35,717 nt of DNA from the NCBI GenBank assembly GCA_023268425.1, contig JALRFN010000013.1, positions 1 through 35,717 on the forward strand. Reading direction: 5' to 3'. Below the pieces are notes generated by a model. That model was not told where the DNA came from. It was given only the letters and a program-made list of their open reading frames with translations, and searched no databases. A program made the translations under genes and the position numbers. This DNA comes from Burkholderiaceae bacterium. Lineage in GTDB: Bacteria > Pseudomonadota > Gammaproteobacteria > Burkholderiales > Burkholderiaceae_C. Positions 30,504-35,717 of the stretch are shown here, piece by piece (the first letter of the stretch is position 1; each line of letters begins with the position of its first letter).

Positions 30504-31423
30504 TGACCTCTCCCTACAGCCTCGCTTTGCAAGCAGCCCGACAAGTGGCGGGTGAGCAAGATTATCCAAAGGGCGCGCTTTACATGGTGGCCACACCGAT
30601 TGGCAACTTGGCTGACATCAGCCTGCGCGCCCTTTGTGTGCTCGACTTGGCCGATCGCATCGCCTGCGAAGACACCCGACACACAGCCCAGCTGCTGAAC
30701 GCCTATGGCTTGAACAAGCCATTGTTGCCCCTGCACCAACACAACGAGCAAGGCGCATCACGGAAAGTGATCGATCACTTGCTTGCGGGTGAACGCGTGG
30801 CCTACGTCAGTGACGCCGGCACGCCAGCCATCAGCGACCCTGGGGCGATCTTGGTCCACAGCGCGCAACGCCAAGGGGTCCGCGTCATTCCGCTGCCAGG
30901 CGCGTCCAGTGTGACCACGCTGCTCAGCGCCACCGGCGTGGCCCAGCAACACGACGATTGGGCGCACCAAGGCTTTGGGTTCAGCGGTTTCCTGCCACCC
31001 AAAGGCCAGAGTCGCCAAGCCGCTTTGCAAGCCCTCGCCCAAAGCGCCCGCACCGAGGTGTGGATGGAAGCCCCGCACCGTTTAGACAAACTGGCGGTTG
31101 AGGTCCATGCCTGGGGCCAACGGCCCTTGACCATTGGCCGAGAACTGAGCAAGCGCTTCGAGCAAATCGCCACCGTGCCATGCCAAGACTTGGCCGCTTG
31201 GTTGGCCGCCGATCCACTGCGCAGCAAAGGGGAATTTGTTTTTGCGTTGGCACCGACAGAGCGCAAGGAGGCACCCGATGATGCGCAGGCCATGGCGCTT
31301 TTGGATGTGCTGTTGCAAGAGTTGTCGGTCAAGTCAGCCAGCCGCATCGCCGCGCAACTCACGGGTGGCAACAAAAAGGCCCTTTACGACTTGGCCTTGT
31401 CACGCAAACCTGAGCGCGACTGA
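30497..31423 (+). CDS. rsmI: 16S rRNA C1402 2'-O-methyltransferase
   Basis: Motifs LYMVATPIGNLADISLRA, ACEDTR.T..LL, HQHNE, VSDAGTPAISDPG, PLPGASS, GFLP, EAPHR, RELSK.FE, KGEFV. Start is GTG 30497 or TTG 30503. Confidence 0.94.
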   Translation: MPLTSPYSLALQAARQVAGEQDYPKGALYMVATPIGNLADISLRALCVLDLADRIACEDTRHTAQLLNAYGLNKPLLPLHQHNEQGASRKVIDHLLAGERVAYVSDAGTPAISDPGAILVHSAQRQGVRVIPLPGASSVTTLLSATGVAQQHDDWAHQGFGFSGFLPPKGQSRQAALQALAQSARTEVWMEAPHRLDKLAVEVHAWGQRPLTIGRELSKRFEQIATVPCQDLAAWLAADPLRSKGEFVFALAPTERKEAPDDAQAMALLDVLLQELSVKSASRIAAQLTGGNKKALYDLALSRKPERD

Positions 31424-31442
31424 GCGCCGCCAGCGCAGGTCT

Positions 31443-31763
31443 TCAAGGCTTGCGGCTGATGTCTTGCACGTCAGTGATCTGCGCCGCGTCCACAGGCCGC
31501 TCTGGCACGTCCTGCGCAGCCGTCTGGCGGCCGCGCCGCGCAAATCCGCCGTCGCGCGATGCGCGCCAGACTTGATCACGCGTGCTGCGCGCCCGTTGCC
31601 AAACCACGTGTACCGGGTGTTTTTGGCCAGTGATCAAAGACCACAACATGGCGACCAGCAAAAACACCGAGGCCAAAGCCATGAGCCCCAGCACGAACAC
31701 CAGCCCCACGACCAACAACAAGGCGCGGAAGAAAAACGCAAACAACTGATTGATCAAGTCCAT
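31443..31763 (-). CDS. Hypothetical membrane-anchored protein (106 aa)
   Basis: MDLINQLFAFFFRALLLVVGLVFVLGLMALASVFLLVAMLWSLITG, a long hydrophobic N-terminus followed by a basic/polar tail; co-oriented with the exonuclease gene. Confidence 0.7.
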   Translation of the reverse strand: MDLINQLFAFFFRALLLVVGLVFVLGLMALASVFLLVAMLWSLITGQKHPVHVVWQRARSTRDQVWRASRDGGFARRGRQTAAQDVPERPVDAAQITDVQDISRKP

Positions 31764-31795
31764 GGTGAATCCAGTTGAGGGCAACAGCCGCGAAT

Positions 31796-32842
31796 TCAAG
31801 CCGGCAAATCGACCACCAACGGCTCGACCCGCACCTCGCCGTCCCGGGTCGAAAAGCGCGTCCACGCGTCTTGTACCTCAATGCGAATCGGCGCGCGCGG
31901 GTTGGCATACACGTGCTTGGCCAACCAGGTCCGCTCCTCAGCCAAAGCGGCATCATCACGCAGTCGCAAACTCCACACCCGTGCGTTGCTGTCCCAGCGG
32001 TAGCCGCGTGCCTTGAGCGCGTCTTTGGTCTCAAAGGGTGCTCCGACGGCCGACAAGCGGTATTGCAGGCTTTGGCTGCGCGCCCACAACTGTTGTAACC
32101 CCGAACGGCCATCATTCAAGCTTTGTGTCAACACCGACAACAGCGCGTGGCAGTCGGCATCGGCCCGGTGCGCGTCATAAAACAAGCCCGCGTCGGCCGC
32201 CAAAGCCTCCAACTTGGCCGAGCTGCGGCCTTGTGCTTTCCAATCCAAATCGGCAAACGAACAAGCCCAGGGCAAGTGCACGAACTGCGGCAAGCGCGCC
32301 TCCACAAAGGGGCGATCAAATGCGGCGTTGTGTGCCACCACCCAAGTGACCCCTTGCATGATGTCGGCAATCGCCGCCTCGTCCAACGCTTGACCACGCA
32401 CCATGTCGTCGGTGATGCCCGTCAAACTGATGATCTCTGCCGACAGCGCGCGCTGCGGGTCTTCAAAACCATCAAAGACACGCACCGCGCCCACCGGTTG
32501 GCCGCTGTGGATGTCCACATCCACCACCACCAAGGCCAGTTCGATGATGCGGTCGCTTGCCGATTGCAGGCCAGTGGTTTCGGTGTCAATGATGGCGACG
32601 CGCTGCGTCACGGCGCCCGGACCGGCGCTTGGGTAACTGGGCGGCGGCGTCATGCGGCGCAAAACCTTGTAGTCGCCACTGGCTTCCAAGGCCTGGGCCA
32701 TGGCCTCCAGCGACATGGGGGCCGACGCTTTGCTGGCGCTGACCTTGGGTTTGCGCGGCTTTTTGGTAGGCGCGCTCAATGACGCATCGCCCAAAGACGT
32801 GTCCAACCAATCAAAACCCAGTTGATCGGAATGCGCGCTCAT
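31796..32842 (-). CDS. DEDDh 3'-5' exonuclease (DNA Pol III epsilon-like) with a C-terminal extension
   Basis: Motifs IIDTETTGL...DRIIELA, LTGITD..V.G, VAHNAAFDRPF, W.CS, AHRA.ADC; C-terminal APFETKD.LKARGYRW. GGGAG RBS. Confidence 0.87.
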   Translation of the reverse strand: MSAHSDQLGFDWLDTSLGDASLSAPTKKPRKPKVSASKASAPMSLEAMAQALEASGDYKVLRRMTPPPSYPSAGPGAVTQRVAIIDTETTGLQSASDRIIELALVVVDVDIHSGQPVGAVRVFDGFEDPQRALSAEIISLTGITDDMVRGQALDEAAIADIMQGVTWVVAHNAAFDRPFVEARLPQFVHLPWACSFADLDWKAQGRSSAKLEALAADAGLFYDAHRADADCHALLSVLTQSLNDGRSGLQQLWARSQSLQYRLSAVGAPFETKDALKARGYRWDSNARVWSLRLRDDAALAEERTWLAKHVYANPRAPIRIEVQDAWTRFSTRDGEVRVEPLVVDLPA

Positions 32843-32892
32843 GCCAACTCCCTCGTGTGAACCCCATCGCTGGGCCGCAGTGTAACGACGTC

Positions 32893-32945
32893 AAAACAAA
32901 CGCCGCCCGGGTGCCGCAAACCAGCAGCATCGGGGCGGCGTTGTT
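32893..32945 (-). terminator. Intrinsic terminator downstream of sqr
   Basis: Stem AACGCCGCCC (32899-32908) / GGGCGGCGTT (32933-32942), followed on the minus strand by TGTTTT. Confidence 0.7.
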
Positions 32946-32972
32946 CGCGCCTGGTGTGCGTGTTGAGGACGC

Positions 32973-34256
32973 TCAGTGTTTGCCCGTCAACTTGTCTTTG
33001 AGCTTGACGATGCCCAAGGCGTTCATGACCATTTTTTCGTAGAAAGGCTCGCTGGTGCCCTTGGTCATCTTGCGCAAGAAGTATTTTTCAAACGCAACTT
33101 TGGCCAAGTGCACCCACTTGCCTTCGCCAAACCAGTTGACGTTGCGCGGCGGGATTTGCGGCACCGCCACGAAACAGGCGCCGGTGTCGCCAAAATCGGC
33201 CAGGCACATGGTGTTCCAGGTCGCTTCGTGGGTGGGCTGCTTGCCGTCCATCAACTCGCGGATGTTGTGCACAGTCGCCGTGACCATGGACTCGATCATG
33301 TAGCCCGTCTTGGGCGTGCCTGTCGGCACAGGGGTCGGCTCCACCGGAGGAATCGCCACGCACACCCCCACGCTGAAAATGTTGGGGTACTTGGCGTTGC
33401 GCTGGTGCTTGTCGATGGTGATGAAGCCACGCGGGTTGGTCAAACCCTCGATGCCAAACACCGCGTCCACGCCCTTGAAAGCCGGCAGCATCATGGAAAA
33501 CTTGAAGGGCAATTCGTGCTCTTTCTTGACCGTACCGTCGTCGTTGTGCTCGGTGACGAACATCTTGCCAGCTTCCACCTTGGTCGTTTTGGCGTTGCAA
33601 ATCCACTTGATGTGGCGGTCACGCATGGCCGACTCCAACAAGCCTTTGGAGTCACCGACGCCACCCAAACCCAAATGGCCGATGTACGGCTCAGACGTCA
33701 CAAAGGTCATGGGCACTTGGTCGCGCAGGCGGCGGCGGCGCAAATCGGTGTCCATGATCATCGCGAACTCATAAGCCGGACCAAAGCACGACGCACCCTG
33801 CACGGCGCCAACCACGATGGGGCCAGGTTCGGCCACAAATTGGTCCCAGCCAGCAGACTCTGCGTGGGCGACGTGACACACCGAACTGGTGTGGCCGTGC
33901 GGCCCCATGCCTTCGACTTCATCAAAAGCCAGCTTGGGGCCAGTGGAAATGATCAGGTAGTCGTAGTCGACCGTGCTGCCATCCAACAACTCGATCTTGT
34001 TTTCGTCGGGGTGGACGCGCTTGGCCGCCTGGGGGATCAAGTCGATGCCACGGCGGTTCAAAACCGGGGCCAACTCCAACTCAATGTCCTTGCGCTTGCG
34101 CCAATTCACTGCCACCCAAGGGTTGGAGGGCACGAAGTGGAATTTGGGCGAGTCGCTGATGACCGTGACCTTGTCGTTGGGGCCACACAGGGCTTTCATC
34201 TCGTATGCAGCGGGCATACCGCCAATGCCTGCGCCCAAAATCACAATGTGTGCCAT
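32973..34256 (-). CDS. sqr: Sulfide:quinone oxidoreductase, type I (SqrA-like)
   Basis: FAD motif GAGIGG; FVPSNPW; SSVCH; GASCFGPAYE; TSEPYIGHLGLGGVGDS; VGVC.AIPP; PKTGYMIESM; CLADFGD; KVAFEKYF. AGGAG spacing favours ATG 34256 over 34265. Confidence 0.93.
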   Translation of the reverse strand: MAHIVILGAGIGGMPAAYEMKALCGPNDKVTVISDSPKFHFVPSNPWVAVNWRKRKDIELELAPVLNRRGIDLIPQAAKRVHPDENKIELLDGSTVDYDYLIISTGPKLAFDEVEGMGPHGHTSSVCHVAHAESAGWDQFVAEPGPIVVGAVQGASCFGPAYEFAMIMDTDLRRRRLRDQVPMTFVTSEPYIGHLGLGGVGDSKGLLESAMRDRHIKWICNAKTTKVEAGKMFVTEHNDDGTVKKEHELPFKFSMMLPAFKGVDAVFGIEGLTNPRGFITIDKHQRNAKYPNIFSVGVCVAIPPVEPTPVPTGTPKTGYMIESMVTATVHNIRELMDGKQPTHEATWNTMCLADFGDTGACFVAVPQIPPRNVNWFGEGKWVHLAKVAFEKYFLRKMTKGTSEPFYEKMVMNALGIVKLKDKLTGKH

Positions 34257-34336
34257 GCTGGTCATCTCCTGAAGTCAATGGATGTGCGTGCAGCAGGCTT
34301 GCGTCACGCTGACACATACTGCACGGGGTATCTGGC

Positions 34337-34387
34337 ATTCTAGTTTGATCGGCTTTCGCTGCACAAGGGCTTTAGGGGTAATTCCTA
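34337..34387 (-). promoter_or_regulatory. Putative sqr promoter with an upstream TAGG-N7-CCTA palindrome
   Basis: TAGAAT on the minus strand (34342-34337); TAGGGGTAATTCCTA at 34373-34387. Confidence 0.45.
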
Positions 34388-34549
34388 GGCCAAGGCAGCG
34401 CAGCCCGCGCCAGTCCAGTATCCCCCAGCGCTCGCCAAAATGACAGGCACTGCAGGCTTTTTTCGGCGCGACAATGGCGGTCGGCACAGACACACCGCGC
34501 ATCGTCTTAGACACCTTGCGCCAACATTCCACCAAAGGCTTAGATTCTC

Positions 34550-35476
34550 ATGTTCGCCTGCGAGCACCTGATCAAACACTTCGGCCCCAACCGCGTGGTC
34601 GACGACTTGAGCTTTGCCATCCAACCCGGCGAATGCCTGGGCATCATCGGCCCCAACGGCGCGGGCAAAACCACCACCATCCGCATGTGCTTGGGGCTGA
34701 GCAGCCCTGACCAGGGGCAGGTGCGTTACACCGACGCTGGCGGCGTGCCGCGCCACATGCCGCAGGACGCGCTGGCCATCAAGCAAGAGCTTGGCGTGGT
34801 CAGCCAAATGGACACCTTGGACCCGGACTTCACATGTGCCGAGAACATCCGCATCTATGGCCGCTACTTTGGCCTGAGCCAGGCGCAACTAGACGAGCGC
34901 GTGCCCGCACTGCTGGACTTTGCAGTCCTGAGCCACAAAGCCAAAAGCAAACCCTCAGACCTCTCGGGTGGCATGAAGCGGCGCCTGTCGCTGGCGCGGG
35001 CTTTGGTCAACAGCCCGCGCTTGTTGTTGCTGGACGAGCCCACCACCGGCCTGGACCCGCAAGCGCGCCACCTGATGTGGGAGCGCCTGCAAGCCTTGAT
35101 GCAAACCGGCACCTCCATTTTGTTGACCACCCACTTCATGGACGAAGCCGAGCGCCTGTGTGACCGACTGCTGGTCCTCGACCACGGGCGCAAGATCGCG
35201 GAGGGCACGCCGCGCGAGCTGATCGCCAGCCACATCGAGCCCGAAGTCATCGAGGTCTACGGTCAGGACGCACACACCGTGTTGGACACCGAAGCCGCCG
35301 CCTTGGCCGAGCGCACCGAGCGCTCGGGCGAGACGCTGTTCCTCTACACCCGGCAAGCGCAGGCACTGGCCAGCGCCTTGGCGCAACACCCGCAGTGGCG
35401 CAGCTTGCACCGCCCGGCCAACTTGGAAGATGTGTTCTTGAAACTCACAGGCCGACAAATTCGGGAAGAAGCATGA
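34550..35476 (+). CDS. ABC-2 type ATP-binding protein, NodI-like
   Basis: Motifs GECLG.IGPNGAGKTTT, Q.D.LDPDFT..EN...YGRYF, LSGGMKRRL.LARALVN.P, LDEPTTGLDPQARHLMWERL, TTHFMDEAERLCD, RPANLEDVFL.LTGR. Confidence 0.9.
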   Translation: MFACEHLIKHFGPNRVVDDLSFAIQPGECLGIIGPNGAGKTTTIRMCLGLSSPDQGQVRYTDAGGVPRHMPQDALAIKQELGVVSQMDTLDPDFTCAENIRIYGRYFGLSQAQLDERVPALLDFAVLSHKAKSKPSDLSGGMKRRLSLARALVNSPRLLLLDEPTTGLDPQARHLMWERLQALMQTGTSILLTTHFMDEAERLCDRLLVLDHGRKIAEGTPRELIASHIEPEVIEVYGQDAHTVLDTEAAALAERTERSGETLFLYTRQAQALASALAQHPQWRSLHRPANLEDVFLKLTGRQIREEA

Positions 35477-35717
35477 TGAGCAGCACCCCCAACCCCTGGC
35501 GCGCGCCGCAGATCACGGCACGCTTTTGGCCCGTGTTCATGCGCAACTTTTTGGTCTGGCGCAAACTGGCCATCCCCAGCCTGGTGGGCAACATCGCCGA
35601 GCCACTGATTTGGTTGGTGGCCTTTGGCTACGGCATGGGCGCCTTGGTGGGCAGCGTCGAGCACCAAGGCCAAACCGTGCCCTACATCTTGTTTTTGGCC
35701 AGCGGCAGCATTTGCAT
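35473..35717 (+). CDS. ABC-2 type permease, NodJ-like (runs off the window end)
   Basis: Hand translation: MMSSTPNPWRAPQITARFWPVFMRNFLVWRKLAIPSLVGNIAEPLIWLVAFGYGMG...VPYILFLASGSIC. ATGA overlap with the ATPase stop. Confidence 0.88.
   Translation, partial: MMSSTPNPWRAPQITARFWPVFMRNFLVWRKLAIPSLVGNIAEPLIWLVAFGYGMGALVGSVEHQGQTVPYILFLASGSIC

Noticed and set aside
34550-35717. nodI/nodJ-like pair as evidence of nodulation
   Set aside because: No nodABC, nodD or nod box is in the window, and NodIJ-like ABC-2 exporters are common housekeeping genes in non-symbiotic betaproteobacteria.

Overview
A gene-dense, GC-rich chromosomal window. Gene content and protein style point to a Burkholderiales (Comamonadaceae-like) betaproteobacterium; this is inference from recalled homologues, not a search. 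It holds about 36 CDSs. Core genes: partial recG, queA, tgt, yggS, yraN/SIS/BON and rsmI. Transport: a five-gene Liv-type ABC importer, an MFS permease, CidA/LrgA-LrgB and a NodIJ-like ABC-2 pair. Enzymes: an acetylpolyamine amidohydrolase-like HDAC, a PauA/PuuA-like glutamylase, an omega-aminotransferase, an FAA hydrolase, a GlcD-like FAD oxidase, a BCCP-carboxyltransferase fusion and a type I sulfide:quinone oxidoreductase. Regulators and others: PhaM, a DksA/TraR paralogue, a LysR and a hybrid histidine kinase. I saw no tRNA, rRNA, CRISPR array, transposase or phage gene. The best leads are: (1) a hybrid kinase carrying both a periplasmic CxxCH heme-c domain and a FixL-type His/Arg PAS domain; (2) glcD coupled to lrgAB instead of glcEF, a possible PLGG1-like glycolate import module; (3) an untracked 45-aa membrane ORF behind AT-rich direct repeats between queA and tgt; (4) a shared 15-bp motif upstream of sqr and the ABC binding protein; (5) a recurring '-10 hexamer + 6 nt + ATG' layout suggesting leaderless mRNAs. 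All functional calls come from reading motifs by eye.
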